DNA of 64,000 nucleotides from a virus. Taxonomy: Duplodnaviria; Caudoviricetes. The position numbers and the translations under genes were made by a program. Of the stretch, positions 47,801-59,094 are shown piece by piece. The stretch spans positions 127,388-191,387 of the IMG/VR virus record IMGVR_UViG_3300037067_012088; one strand, given 5' to 3'. Position 1 is the stretch's first letter; each line of letters opens with the position of its first letter. The notes under the pieces were generated by a model, which was not told where the DNA came from, did no database searches, and was given only the letters and a program-made list of their open reading frames with translations.

Positions 47801-50410
47801 CGTTGGTCTGCTGGTTGTGGTGACGGTCGTAGAGGATGATCTCAAGTCCATCATCGGACCCAACGCTGACCGCGCGCACCGTGAAGAGGTCGCCCTTGGA
47901 GTCAGCAATGACCTCGTTAGCGAAGGCGTTGAGAAAGGCCTGCTCGATGAAACGGTTGACGGTGTAGCTCATGTCTCGTTGGCCTGTTCGGTATCCTCGT
48001 TCATCTCCATGTCTATCTGCTCCATCATCTTGAGATAGGCCTCTTCACCCATCTCGCGGCGACAACGCTCCTCGGTCTCGGCCATAGCAAGGTTAATCTC
48101 GTGAACGAGAGCCAGATTCGGTTCCGTGCGTAAGGTGTGACCGGGAGTGGCCATTAGGGGATCAGTCATAAGCCAAGGGGCGACGGGTCGCGCATAGTGG
48201 TGCCCTCAAGGAAGGTCATGTAATCACCCTCGTCGCGTTTCATGAATCGTTCGCAGATGCAACACCGGGGTGGCCATTCGCCCGCTCCGTGAACGGGGCA
48301 CTTCTCATCGGGTTCGTCGGCGGTGATGCCGCAAACACAGGTCTTGGACTCGACACAGATGTGAGGCTTCATGTCAGTAGTAGACCCGCACGGTCGCCGG
48401 TTTGCGCGGCGGGAAGGAATAGGAGAGCGTGATACTCAGCTTAAGCCATTTGGCGGTGACATCCCAACTCGCGCCGTAATGGACCACGTCAGGTTGGTCA
48501 GGAAGCGAAATGCCTCTCTTGGCAATCCCCGGCTCCCGATACTCGACGCGCAGATAGGGGATGACATCCCAATGTGGGTAATCCGACAGATAGGAACTGA
48601 GTCTCCAGCGTGAATCGGGTTTCATGTTACCTCCTCGTCGGTAACGGCATTAAGTCGCTCCATCAACTCGTCTACCGTCACCCCCGATTGGTAGAGCAAG
48701 TCCGTTGTGTGGCCACACGGGTCCGCTTCCCCCGTGATCTTGTAGGCCTCTTCTTCGAGGTCTTCGATACGCTCAAACAGAGTGCGGGCCTCGCGGCGGA
48801 TGGCTTCGAGACGCAGGAGTTGGGTGTCGGTGAGGGTGATCATTGAGAGAATGGGACAATCGCTTTGTGGGCATACGCCTCAGCACTCCCGAGTCTGCGA
48901 CCCGCGAGGAAAGCCTTCTTGAGCAGCCGGTCCATCTGGGCGGACTGCCACTGGCTTAGATGACGGATGCCTTCTTGGCGACGATACCATTTGGCGAAAG
49001 ACTGTGAGGGAGGCGTCATTGGCGACTCCTCATCGCGGCGCGAATGGCCTCACGCGCATCATGATAGCACTTCTGTGGGTAGCCTTCCGCTGGCACGGCA
49101 CCGTTGCTATCGTCATCGAGATCGTGCGCGAACCACACATTGCACACCTCTCCATCGCGACTGTGAGACAGGTAGGCACTGTGGGCGATAAGCCAATTGA
49201 GGAGGTCGGTGTCAGTGGGGATAGACATAGGAAGGCTCAGTCTAGATAACAGGGCAACGTCTTTTCGTGTGCTCTCACTTCGACGCGGAACGCTTCGTCA
49301 TTCTGACGCCCAAGACGCTGAGCAATGGCGTCAAGGGCTCTTCCATAAAGCTCGGGTGAAATAGCGAGAACCCCACCGAGATGGGTTTCGTATGCCTTGG
49401 CGAGCGAATCAATGTGAGTGAGCATAAATCAGTCTCTCCACATATCATGCGGACCAGCCCGGTCGCGCCGATCAAGTTCCTCCATGCGCGCGTCATAACG
49501 GGCACGGGAATCTTCTTCGCGGAGGGTGGAGGCTTCGTTCAGGTCGCGGTCAAACTCGGGGTCGGCAGTCATGTCGATTCCTCATCGATAATGATCAACT
49601 CGTCATTGGGCTCCCACGGACACACACTGCGCAGCCAAATGTGATGGGTTCCGTCCAGCGGCACCCAACCCTCTTCGTCGCACGGTGCTTTCCCGTTGAG
49701 AATGATATAACGCGTCAACATGATAAGCCAAGCGGTCAGATGGCTACCTTGGGCCTGCTCCAATCGACTTTCCCAGCCCGACCAGAACTCGACCATGTCC
49801 GTGAGCGCAACCTGCGAGGTGATGGTGTCGGTAATCTCGACGCGCGCGATAACGATATCGTCGTAGGAGAGGTTGTAGATCATGGCTTCAAGAACTCTTC
49901 GGTGTTGACGACCATCTTGGCCGGGCAACCCAGCGCCTCAATCTGCTTGAGTGACGAGGCGCGAGAGGCTTCCTGTTTGGCGTAAACTGCCTGACGAGAC
50001 CGAAGTTGCGGATAGGGATGGGATTCGATGGCTTGCTTGAGATGACGGCTATCTTGTAGCCCATTCATTGGGATTCGTGAACCTTGGATGACAACGACAA
50101 TATCGGACACCTGAGGTTTGATGTCTGACACGCCAGTCTTGGGGCAACAAGACTCTTGAAGGCTAATTGAGACGCCAAGGTCACGATGGGTCAATGTGAC
50201 GGACCACGAAAAATACTCTCGGGTCCCCCAACTGGCCTCTGCCTTGCGCGTCCGACTCACCTTCCACCCCTTCCCGTCAATCCATGCTTGGGCGATTCCC
50301 TTGATGAGACAGGAGGGTTCGGACGGCGGAAGAGGTGCCTCTACCTTGGTCTCTGGAAGACCGGAGGGGTTCGGCGAGAACAGGGACTTGAGCCATTTGA
50401 TGGGATTCAT
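44897..50410 (-). other. run of about 18 small hypothetical genes (e.g. 44897-45442, 45782-46189, 46633-46986, 47146-47616, 47613-47972, 48622-48843, 49569-49928, 49880-50410)
   Basis: ORF track; coupled minus-strand ORFs. Confidence 0.6.
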
Positions 50411-50416
50411 GAGGGT

Positions 50417-50445
50417 AATATGACAGGCTTAACTCGCCGAGTCAA
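50417..50445 (-). promoter_or_regulatory. class I promoter TTGACT-N8-TAAG-N5-CATATT
   Basis: Recurrent motif; ATG 6 nt downstream. Confidence 0.7.
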
Positions 50446-51218
50446 GCGGATTCGTTGGGGTCCCACCGGTAAGACTTGTCGCCCTCGGCCATGTCGGTGA
50501 CCATCCATCCGCGTCCGACCACGTCGAGACAGTCGACTGACCAGTAACCGGGCACTGCGGCGCTGACACGAAGAGCCAACCCCTCCACCTTGGCACGCTC
50601 TTCTGGGGTGATGCTATTGAGTTGGCTGGCTAGTTCACGCCAGTTGGGTTCCTCGGTTTGACCTTCAAGAGCATGCAGTGGCCAATATGGTTGCCAATGC
50701 TCGATGACGCTGTCTCGCACGAAAACCCTGAACTCGCGCACGATGGGCATGTCACGGAACGCGTGGAACACGGGTTTGGTGGGAAGTAACTCGCGCACCA
50801 CCCAACGGTCAATCGGGAGACCCATCAGGTCAGCCATGATGCTGTATTCAGCGATGGACTGGATGCTCTCCTTAATCTGCGTCGCACTGGCAAGGAAGCA
50901 AGATTTGGACCAGCTATGCTTGGCGCTCGAATAGTCGGTGCGCAGGAAGCAGGGGTAGCCAAACGCGATTGCCGCTTGATTGATGTCACCGATAAGATAG
51001 GGCAAACCATCATACGAACCCTCTCCTGCCGCCCAATCACATAGCTCACCCTCTTCCTTAGGCGTGAGCGTGGGCAGAATGATTGTCTTGGGGGCGGGAA
51101 TCCCAGCTGCCTCAATCAGAGGGAACCAGTAGGAGAGACGTGTCTTGTCTTCGCGCGTGCGGGAGCGCATCTGAGCGAGTTCGTTATCGAGATGGGCGCG
51201 AGCTTCTTCGGGTGTCAT
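50442..51218 (-). CDS. ATP-grasp domain protein (R2K/Cdc123-like)
   Basis: FLRTDYSSAKHSW, VVRELL, REFRVFV, WSVD and WMVTD motifs. Confidence 0.7.
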   Translation of the reverse strand: MTPEEARAHLDNELAQMRSRTREDKTRLSYWFPLIEAAGIPAPKTIILPTLTPKEEGELCDWAAGEGSYDGLPYLIGDINQAAIAFGYPCFLRTDYSSAKHSWSKSCFLASATQIKESIQSIAEYSIMADLMGLPIDRWVVRELLPTKPVFHAFRDMPIVREFRVFVRDSVIEHWQPYWPLHALEGQTEEPNWRELASQLNSITPEERAKVEGLALRVSAAVPGYWSVDCLDVVGRGWMVTDMAEGDKSYRWDPNESA

Positions 51219-51226
51219 ATCGCGCT

Positions 51227-51255
51227 ATCCTACCCCACTTGGCTTACCATGTCAA
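51227..51255 (-). promoter_or_regulatory. class I promoter TTGACA-N8-CAAG-N5-TAGGAT
   Basis: Recurrent motif. Confidence 0.7.
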
Positions 51256-52018
51256 GCGGATTCCCGCTCAAAACTGCCGGCCCCTGTCCCGCGACGCCAA
51301 GTCTGCCTTCATGCCCCGATTCTCCTTCATCAGCCATCGCACCGCGACCTCAAGCTCGTAATGGTGCCGCGCAAATTCGGCATTCGCCCGATAAAGACCG
51401 TTCATTCGATACTCGTGAGCGAGGTCCTTCTCGGCGGCAAGACCCGTCTGCCGACACATCAGCGCCGCACCAAGAGTCGTGATGAGGGCGACTACCATCC
51501 AGAAGCGGTTTGCTCGCACGGATGGGATACACCAGAATGGCGCTAGATTGACTTAGAAGCCGTCAAACTCAGGCAGCGCTTCCAACTCCGCTGTGGTCAG
51601 GTCAACCCGCTTGAAGGTGAGCGTCTCGCCCGCGCGCATGTCAGGGAAAAGCTCACTGGCCTCCGCCAGCACGGAATCGGCGTCCGCGATATAGGAGCGA
51701 CCGTCGTAAGTGAGCTTGACGAGGGGGATGCGAATAGAGGACATTAGAATGGCTTCCCCAGCACCACGCGCCGCCACACCTTGGGCGTCGCCATTAAGGC
51801 CGCCTTAACGTAGGCAAACCAACTAACCGGCTTGCGATAATTCATGCGCCCCTGATTCGTAATCCTGTCTCCACTCATGATGGCTCCGTCAACCCACACC
51901 TCACGATGGGGTAGGTAGGACTGGGTGAGCGTAGTAAGGGGTTCCTCGGCGTAGACTTCACGCCAGCCGCGACCGTATTGGGAGGGATTGAGAGCGATGG
52001 GCATGGGTTGATTAGGCT

Positions 52019-52046
52019 ATCCTAACAGGCTTGAGAGTGGTGTCAA
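52019..52046 (-). promoter_or_regulatory. class I promoter, 16-nt spacer variant
   Basis: TTGACA-N7-CAAG-N5-TAGGAT. Confidence 0.6.
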
Positions 52047-54619
52047 GTGGAAACCATCTCCAACTGACCCTTTTTGAGTCGGATTGGCATGACTTGCTTC
52101 ACCAAGCTGTTGACAAACGCCAGCCCGTCGCCCGAAGAAGAGCCATGAATGACCACGACGTCACCTTCACCCACAGGCCCATTGAACTGCTCGCACGCAT
52201 CCATCTTGTTCTGGCCGCTAATGAGCGCCTTGATGGAGCCGGACTCATCGGACAGGTAGAATCGCGCGTAGGGTTTCTTGGATTCCTTGCCCACCGATTT
52301 CTTGACCTCGTCCACGAACGCCACAAAGCTGACTTGCACGTCCTTGGGCTCCTTGGCCGCGATATCAACGGGCACCAGATCCGGCACCTTGGCGGAGTAG
52401 AGGTTGTGGAGGGTGTTGGAAAAGGAGAATCCCAGCAGGGCGCGCTCAGCCATATACACGAACAATTCCTCATACTTGACGTTGCGCTGATAAAGGGTCC
52501 AGTAGGGTGAGAAGTTGCGCCGGAAGGTATCGAGTTGGGTCGGCGGCAGAAGAGGCTTGCCCTTCTCGTTCGTCTTCTCCTTGAGCGCGCGAATGGTCTC
52601 CATCAGGTCGTTGTCGTAGTCCGCCGCGAAGGCCACTACAGACCGCTGAAGGGTCTTGCTCATCTCATTGTAGCCGCGCGCCTCCATCGCGAGCTTGAGG
52701 CGAGGAGTGTTGTCGATGCTTAGCGCGCCGGACCAAAATAGGGTCTCCAAGATGTTGATGGAAACGCCAAGGGTGGATGCGAATTCGAAGACCTCCCACT
52801 TGCTCTTGAAGTCACGGCGGAACGAAGAAACCTTGGCCAGATTGGCGGCGGCGATACCCTTGATGTGACCGAGACCAAAGCGGATAGCATCGCCTTCGAA
52901 TATGAAGTCTACCTCGGAGTGAATGATGGAGGGAGGAAGAACCTTGACTCCGAGTTGCTGGGCCTCGGAGATGATGGCGGGCATCTCCTCCTTCTTGGCG
53001 AACTTGAGGGTCGCGAGATAAAACTCCTTGGGGTGATTGGCCTTGAGGTAGGTGGTCTGCGCACAAATGATCGAGTAGGCCGCAGAATGGCCCAAGTTGA
53101 AAAGGTAGTCGGCCGAGGCATTACAGGTATCCCAGAAATGCTGAGTAACTCCCTTGGGGACTCCAAGCTTGTCACCCTGCGCGAAGAGAATGGGCTCCCA
53201 CTTCTTGATGTCCTCACGCTTCTTCTTACCGATGGCGCGGCGCACCTCATCAGCGTCCACCGCCGTCATGCCATATACCTTTTGGCAGATGTCGTTGATG
53301 GACTCCTGATAGATGATGATGTTGCCCGTGCTCTTGAGCAGCGCGTCAATGGGGGAATAGATGGACTCAATCTCGCCGGTCTCGAAGTAACGCACCAGTT
53401 TGGGGATTTCCTTGAGCGCGCCGGGGCGGGCGATGGCAAGCACGGCGCTGAGTTGCATCAGGTCTCGTGGCTTGGCTTTGTGAGCGGTATCACCGGCCAG
53501 ACCGGTTTCAATCTGAAAGAGTCCGTAGTAGAGACGGGACTTGGCGATGAACTCGTAGATAGAAGGATGCTCGATATCAATCTCGTCAGGGTCCAACTGC
53601 GCCAGTCGCGCCGCCTCTTGAATCACGTCAAGGGTCTTGAGCCCGAGGTTATCCAGCTTGACACCAATCTCTGCCACACGATCCATATCGTAGGAGGTCG
53701 TGATGTAGTCCTCCTTGTCCTTGTCGGTGGTCAGCTCAACGGGGAGAGTGTTGTCGAGGATGTCATAAGACATGAAGAGACCGGATGCATGAACTCCCTT
53801 GTGCGTCGCAAGGCCCTGAAGGGAGAGGGCCAGCTTGTGCGCCTCCATGTTGCGCGAGTCTTCCGTAAGCCACTCCTTATACTCCTTGTTCTTCTCGGCG
53901 GCATCTTGGAGCTTGTCAGCCTTACCGAAATGGGCTTCCAAACGATTGGTCACAATCATCGCCTCAGAATCTCCCCACTCAAAATAGACCTTGAGCACGT
54001 CCTTCAGCGCCGTCTTACCGGTCAAACAAGTGACGTTACTGATCTTGGCCACGCGATTAGGATACTTGGAATCGATGTAACCTTGGATTTCCTTGCGGCG
54101 CGCAATACTGAAGTCGCTGTCGATATCGCACATGGAGCGACCATCGGCGTAAGCGATGCCGTCGATGATCTGGGGCTTGACACGCGCCTCGGATAGAAAG
54201 CGGGTGAAGTTGAGGGAGTATCGAAGACTGTTTACCTTGGTGACCCCCGCGAGATAGCACACGAGAGACCCACACACCGATCCACGACCGGGCCCTCGCG
54301 GGATACCCTGTTTGTCGCACCATCGACAGATGTCCCACACCATGAGGATGTAGTCGACCGTGCCCGTCTTGTCGAGCACTCCGCACTCGAACTTGAGGCG
54401 CTCAATAACGTCGGTCTCCTTGATATCGTCGAACTTGCCCGCCGCGCGCAAGGAGAGATAGCGCTTCCATGCCAACGTCTTCAAGAATATCAGATTGCTC
54501 GCATTCGGCTTCAAACCGAGTTCAGCCTTGTCGGCGTCACTGATTACGATGGATGGAAGGCGCACTAACCCCATCAGGGGGAAATCGTAGGGCTCGAATT
54601 GGGAGAGGAAAGGGGTCAT
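52043..54619 (-). CDS. dnaE: DNA polymerase III alpha-like catalytic subunit, lacking the PHP domain
   Basis: GPGRGS, F.RFL, DIDSDF, HASG, KLD.LGL, YQE, FN..HS.AY, IRFGL..IKG motifs; C-terminal OB fold. Confidence 0.95.
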   Translation of the reverse strand: MTPFLSQFEPYDFPLMGLVRLPSIVISDADKAELGLKPNASNLIFLKTLAWKRYLSLRAAGKFDDIKETDVIERLKFECGVLDKTGTVDYILMVWDICRWCDKQGIPRGPGRGSVCGSLVCYLAGVTKVNSLRYSLNFTRFLSEARVKPQIIDGIAYADGRSMCDIDSDFSIARRKEIQGYIDSKYPNRVAKISNVTCLTGKTALKDVLKVYFEWGDSEAMIVTNRLEAHFGKADKLQDAAEKNKEYKEWLTEDSRNMEAHKLALSLQGLATHKGVHASGLFMSYDILDNTLPVELTTDKDKEDYITTSYDMDRVAEIGVKLDNLGLKTLDVIQEAARLAQLDPDEIDIEHPSIYEFIAKSRLYYGLFQIETGLAGDTAHKAKPRDLMQLSAVLAIARPGALKEIPKLVRYFETGEIESIYSPIDALLKSTGNIIIYQESINDICQKVYGMTAVDADEVRRAIGKKKREDIKKWEPILFAQGDKLGVPKGVTQHFWDTCNASADYLFNLGHSAAYSIICAQTTYLKANHPKEFYLATLKFAKKEEMPAIISEAQQLGVKVLPPSIIHSEVDFIFEGDAIRFGLGHIKGIAAANLAKVSSFRRDFKSKWEVFEFASTLGVSINILETLFWSGALSIDNTPRLKLAMEARGYNEMSKTLQRSVVAFAADYDNDLMETIRALKEKTNEKGKPLLPPTQLDTFRRNFSPYWTLYQRNVKYEELFVYMAERALLGFSFSNTLHNLYSAKVPDLVPVDIAAKEPKDVQVSFVAFVDEVKKSVGKESKKPYARFYLSDESGSIKALISGQNKMDACEQFNGPVGEGDVVVIHGSSSGDGLAFVNSLVKQVMPIRLKKGQLEMVST

Positions 54620-55281
54620 CAGATTTCGAGTTTCCAGACAAGCTGATTGAGGAGCAGGTGGGTCCTAGTCGTGTCGTATTCTGAGCCATGCGCCTTCATT
54701 GGGTCATACTCAATACCGAATTCCCGGCACATCGCGCCCAAGCTCACGCCGCCGCCCTTCTTGGGGTCCGTAGCGTCCTTCTTCTTCGACATGCGCTCAT
54801 GCAGCAACTGATACTGCCACGCACGTCGATCTTGTCCGGGCGGGAAGTTACCGCGATAAGCCTTGGAGAGACACATGGTGTCAAGAGTGCGGGGAAGATA
54901 GGACCAGTCGGGGTCAAGTCCACATCCGCGCCGCCAGTTCTTGTGCTGGTCGATATCAAATCCAAACAGGTTGTGGCCTCCATTAAGGGTATTGGGTTCC
55001 AGCAGGACGTTCTCGAAATCACGTAACACCACATCGGCGGGTTCAGCGAGTCTCTTATATTCGTCCCAATTGAAGCGCGTAATCTCGATGGCGGCAGCAC
55101 TCATCTGGAGGTCCTTCCACCATATCCATCTTGTGACGATGCGTTCGATATGCTTGAGAGTGCCAATAGTATAGGAGACCTGCCATGGACGAGAGTAAAA
55201 GAGATTGAGCGACTCGGTTTCAGTGTCCCAGATTGAACACGGAGTATCAAGACGATACCTAAGTAGATTAGACCCAATCAT
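54619..55281 (-). CDS. DEDD 3'-5' exonuclease (DnaQ/epsilon-like)
   Basis: WDTETE, GHN..GFD, LDTM and AH...YD motifs. Confidence 0.85.
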   Translation of the reverse strand: MIGSNLLRYRLDTPCSIWDTETESLNLFYSRPWQVSYTIGTLKHIERIVTRWIWWKDLQMSAAAIEITRFNWDEYKRLAEPADVVLRDFENVLLEPNTLNGGHNLFGFDIDQHKNWRRGCGLDPDWSYLPRTLDTMCLSKAYRGNFPPGQDRRAWQYQLLHERMSKKKDATDPKKGGGVSLGAMCREFGIEYDPMKAHGSEYDTTRTHLLLNQLVWKLEI

Positions 55282-55883
55282 GTGAACCACTTCTCCTCGA
55301 ATGGCCAGCACTCATGCTTACCGTTGTAGGGCTTCTCGCGAAGACCGTCGGAATCTAACATGTAACGGTCGATCAATCTTTGGACGAGGAGGTCTCCCAC
55401 TGCTGAGCTGCCAGTGTGACCGTCGTCATGGCTGGGGGTCTCGCGGACCAGTTCTTTTTCTAGGGCCGTCGTGAACCGTTTCCAATTCTTGACCATGAGC
55501 CCGCGCTCTCCTAGAGAGGTGGCTAATTCGCCCCGACACAGCTTGATGGTGATGATGTCGTCGTGATATATCATAGGTTGCCTCTCCTCAGATACTCGCG
55601 ATACGAATCTTGGCGGCGGCCACCCGGATAGCGCATGCCTTCGCGGCGACCGGCAAGCCATGCCCACTTGAGCGTCGCCTTCTTCTCGATTCCGCCGGGC
55701 TCCATCCACGAAGGATGGGTCACGATATAGTGGTGTGCGAACCACTTATCGAAGAGTTGATTGACGGTGAATGACTTCATAGTGGATACTTCGGTAGCAA
55801 TCCCTTCGCTCGCATATCCTCTATCATCTTGGTTATCATGGGGAGATAGTAGCGTTCGTGAAATAGATGCCAGTAGTAGGGAC

Positions 55884-56999
55884 TCATGCTTCCCCCTTGG
55901 TTAGCTGGCAATACCGCGCCCACGAAAACCGGTCGCTGCTCAAATGGTCCACCTGCGGTTTGCTGAACGTGCCGCCGCTGTCGATGGCGCGCAGAATCAT
56001 GTAGGAGCGAAATCTCTCGGAGGTGGCGTAATAGATGCTCTTGACCTTCTGTATCTGTGCTCCCGTGTCCGCCGCGAACTGGTCAATGGCCGCATCGATG
56101 ATAGGCGCGAAAGGAAGGTCACTATCCACCTCGCGGAACATGGTCACTTCGCGCGCCGGAATGGGGAACTCGGGCACCGCAGAGGAGAACTTGAGTTGGT
56201 TGACCGCCGTGAAGCCGCTGAAAAAGGGAATCGCGAGCGCGAGATTCGAGGTCCACAAGTCCTTCAGGCGGCGCCATGAGGTGCGGTGACGATGGTAGAA
56301 GTCGGTGGTCGCGGCCAGATTATGGATCTTCAATAGGTCATAGTAGCCTTGTCGATTTTTGATGAAGATGATGATCTTGGATTCTGTGCGAAAGGACGCG
56401 TCGGTCTTGTCCTCATGATCGGCGCAACAGACCGTCTTGAGCCCGAAGACAAGCTGTGCGAGGCCGGTCTTCTGGATGTTCTTGACGGCCTCCATGTAAG
56501 CGTCCAACTTGTCATCCACTATCACAACCTGTTTGAGCCCATGAGTCTTGGCTATATCACAGATGGACGTAGGCTCATCGGGGTGGGCTTTCCCCGCTTC
56601 CTCAAGGGTTAATACGCTCGCCCCACCTAGGCTCTTGTCGGTGCTGAAGAGGGGTATGATATCGGTCTCGGGCAAGCCACCAACGATAGTGGGCTTGGTG
56701 TCGGATGTCAAGGGTGGAATAGAAGTCTCGCCGTCAATCAGTCGCGCCAAAACGTCGCCGTGACATCGATGTTCCGGTTTGCACCAACACCCTAGCACCT
56801 TATCCTTCAGCTCCGGTAATGCCCCCATGAGTTCGGGCCGCGTCTTAATCCACTCCTCATACTTGGCGATGACCTCATCTCGCGTGCCATCCTTGCCTAT
56901 CACCCAAGGATTCGCCCACTTAGATTGGGGAAGGTCACCATTGGCGCGGCCAATGTAGGTATCATAGCTCGAACGGCGGCAGTGAACAACGGTGACCAT
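55884..56999 (-). CDS. DUF4326 domain fused to a DnaE PHP-like domain
   Basis: YIGR..SKWANP..IGKDGTRDEVI...LGCWCKP..CHGDVL, then PLFSTDKSL...GL..V.IVDD...FGL...F.KN..GY.DL.KI. Confidence 0.75.
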   Translation of the reverse strand: MVTVVHCRRSSYDTYIGRANGDLPQSKWANPWVIGKDGTRDEVIAKYEEWIKTRPELMGALPELKDKVLGCWCKPEHRCHGDVLARLIDGETSIPPLTSDTKPTIVGGLPETDIIPLFSTDKSLGGASVLTLEEAGKAHPDEPTSICDIAKTHGLKQVVIVDDKLDAYMEAVKNIQKTGLAQLVFGLKTVCCADHEDKTDASFRTESKIIIFIKNRQGYYDLLKIHNLAATTDFYHRHRTSWRRLKDLWTSNLALAIPFFSGFTAVNQLKFSSAVPEFPIPAREVTMFREVDSDLPFAPIIDAAIDQFAADTGAQIQKVKSIYYATSERFRSYMILRAIDSGGTFSKPQVDHLSSDRFSWARYCQLTKGEA

Positions 57000-57006
57000 T
57001 CAGTCA

Positions 57007-57035
57007 ATCCTACTCCCCTTGCTCCCGCTTGTCAA
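57007..57035 (-). promoter_or_regulatory. class I promoter TTGACA-N8-CAAG-N5-TAGGAT
   Basis: Recurrent motif; ATG 7 nt downstream. Confidence 0.7.
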
Positions 57036-58034
57036 GCAAATCACTCATTAAACTGATATGCCCTCTGATGCTCAGGTGGCAAGGTGTTCATGATATCGCC
57101 CGTATCACATAGCTCTTCAATGGCCTTGAGATTGAATACTCGATACTCTCTGGCTTTGGCTCTCAACCAGTCTTCGGGCTCCAACCCCTTCTTGGGGCAA
57201 TTGTATCGCTCTATCACCGTCGTCTTCCACGCGAAAGAGGTCAGATCCTTGGCGTAACCTACCATCTCCTTGGCATCCTTCTTGCCGGGCGAGACCCCTT
57301 CGGCGCGCTCTGCCAATTCAGCCTCAATATCGGTCTCTACGATCTCGGGCCAAAAATACTTGGTGCGCCAGCCGTTGGAGTTGGCGCGCGACTCATAGTT
57401 GACTATGGCGAAGAGACGCTTCATGACAGTTCGTAAGGAATGGTCTCGGTCTGCGCTTTGATGCCAAACTCCCGTTCAATAAGCGGAAGCAGTTTGTTGT
57501 CGAAGCATTCGTGACAGATATCAAGGGTTACGTGAGTATATTGCCCTCCCCATATGCTGCCCACTTCGCTTCGATGACGAATAATGGTATCGTGAATCGG
57601 TTGCGGTCGATTCATCTCGGGCGCTCCATCCGGATTGGGCATCTTCCCATGACAAATGTCGCAAGAGATAGACTCTATCTTGCGTTTCTTCATCTCCCAC
57701 GTCTTGGTCTGATAGTCTCTCATCCCGTATACCTCTCCCACTTGGTCTCCACCGTCTCTTCCTCTCGCTCCCAATGCATCGCGTCCGGATTCCAGCGCCA
57801 ATCAAAGCCCTTCTTGGTGGCGCGACTCATTCCGTCCTTGGCATACCACTTGACCTCGCCGTCTTCTCGCTTCCAGTGAGCGAGTCCTTTGGACTGCAAA
57901 ATCGTGGGACTGTGACCCGTCGCTTCCTTGACTTGCTCGTTTGTGGAACCGGGGTGGGCCACAAGATAATCGCGCACCCTCTTCGCGTGAAGGGTGTAGG
58001 TAGCGTGAATAGAGGGGGAGAGGATCATCGGCGG

Positions 58035-59051
58035 CTAAAAAATCTTGTCGATAATCGAAACGAGGTGATTCTCATCCACCGGAACCGGATTACCTTCCGC
58101 ATCGACCTGTTCTCGAAGCTTGGCAATGACGTGCGAGAAATACGCCGAATCCACCCCGACCAACTGCTCCTCCAACACCGCCGCGTCAGTCAAATCGAGC
58201 TTACTCACTTGGAACAACATCTTCAAATACTGACCTGCGTTAATGGTCCAGCCGCGCGTGATGAACTTGCGACTGCGTATGACGCTCGCCAGAGGGAAGA
58301 GAGATCCCTGATACTTGAGTTCTCGCGACATGCAACAAATGAGAGACTCAGGATTGAGAACCAATTCTCGATTCTTGCTTGTCCAATACGAGAGACAATG
58401 CATGTAGTCGAAGTTCTTGTGAACCTCATTTGCCTCGCCGAAAAACCTGAGGACGATCTGAATAGAATCGCTAAGAGTAATGGCGTTGGCCGTCACGAAC
58501 ATCACGCGATACTTGCCGCGCTTCTTCTCATCGGCATCTTGGGTGACTTTCTTTGTGTCGATGTCATCGAGGGCCTCGGTGTTCTCCCCATAGGTCGCAC
58601 CGGGCTCCGTATCATCGGTAACCTGACCTGTCGCGAACTCAGAGGCTTCGTGACTCGCGACAATGGACTCGCCACGCAAGGCTTTCGCACCAAAGAGAAT
58701 CTTGACGCGCGCCGGACGAGCCTCGGTAGCCTCTTCCATGGTGGCCGCAATCTTGTCTTTGTAGGCGGCAAACGCGGCGGGAGGGTTCTCCTTCAGCTTC
58801 TTGACGTAATACTCGGCCACGGCGAGTGCCGTCTCGGAGTTCTTGAAGTAGATGTCGAAGTCATTTACCTTCTCACCCATCAGCATACTCGCAATCGCGC
58901 CACCCGTGATGATGGTGTTCTCCTCAACCAGCTTGCGGACGTTCTCATCGGTGATCGACTTGGACCACGCGAGGAACTTGCCGGTGAGGATCTTGTTAAT
59001 GGTCTTGCTTTTCATGCCCCTCGTGGGGGCGGGAATAGATGGAGTGCTCAT
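58035..59051 (-). CDS. nucleotidyltransferase-like phage protein (poly(A) polymerase/CCA-enzyme head-like motif)
   Basis: ITGGAIASML...VNDFDIYF; IQIV; NFDYMHC; R..KF..RGW. Confidence 0.65.
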   Translation of the reverse strand: MSTPSIPAPTRGMKSKTINKILTGKFLAWSKSITDENVRKLVEENTIITGGAIASMLMGEKVNDFDIYFKNSETALAVAEYYVKKLKENPPAAFAAYKDKIAATMEEATEARPARVKILFGAKALRGESIVASHEASEFATGQVTDDTEPGATYGENTEALDDIDTKKVTQDADEKKRGKYRVMFVTANAITLSDSIQIVLRFFGEANEVHKNFDYMHCLSYWTSKNRELVLNPESLICCMSRELKYQGSLFPLASVIRSRKFITRGWTINAGQYLKMLFQVSKLDLTDAAVLEEQLVGVDSAYFSHVIAKLREQVDAEGNPVPVDENHLVSIIDKIF

Positions 59052-59059
59052 GTTAGGTT

Positions 59060-59088
59060 AGTGTGCTCGGCTTGCCTTGTTAGGTCAA
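59060..59088 (-). promoter_or_regulatory. class I promoter TTGACC-N8-CAAG-N5-CACACT
   Basis: Recurrent motif; ATG 8 nt downstream. Confidence 0.7.
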
Positions 59089-59094
59089 GCTAAA

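Noticed and set aside
52865-59093. Long plus-strand ORFs (52865-54196, 57774-59093; similarly 1758-2594, 3461-4315, 60030-60845)
   Set aside because: Antisense shadows of well-supported minus-strand genes in GC-rich DNA
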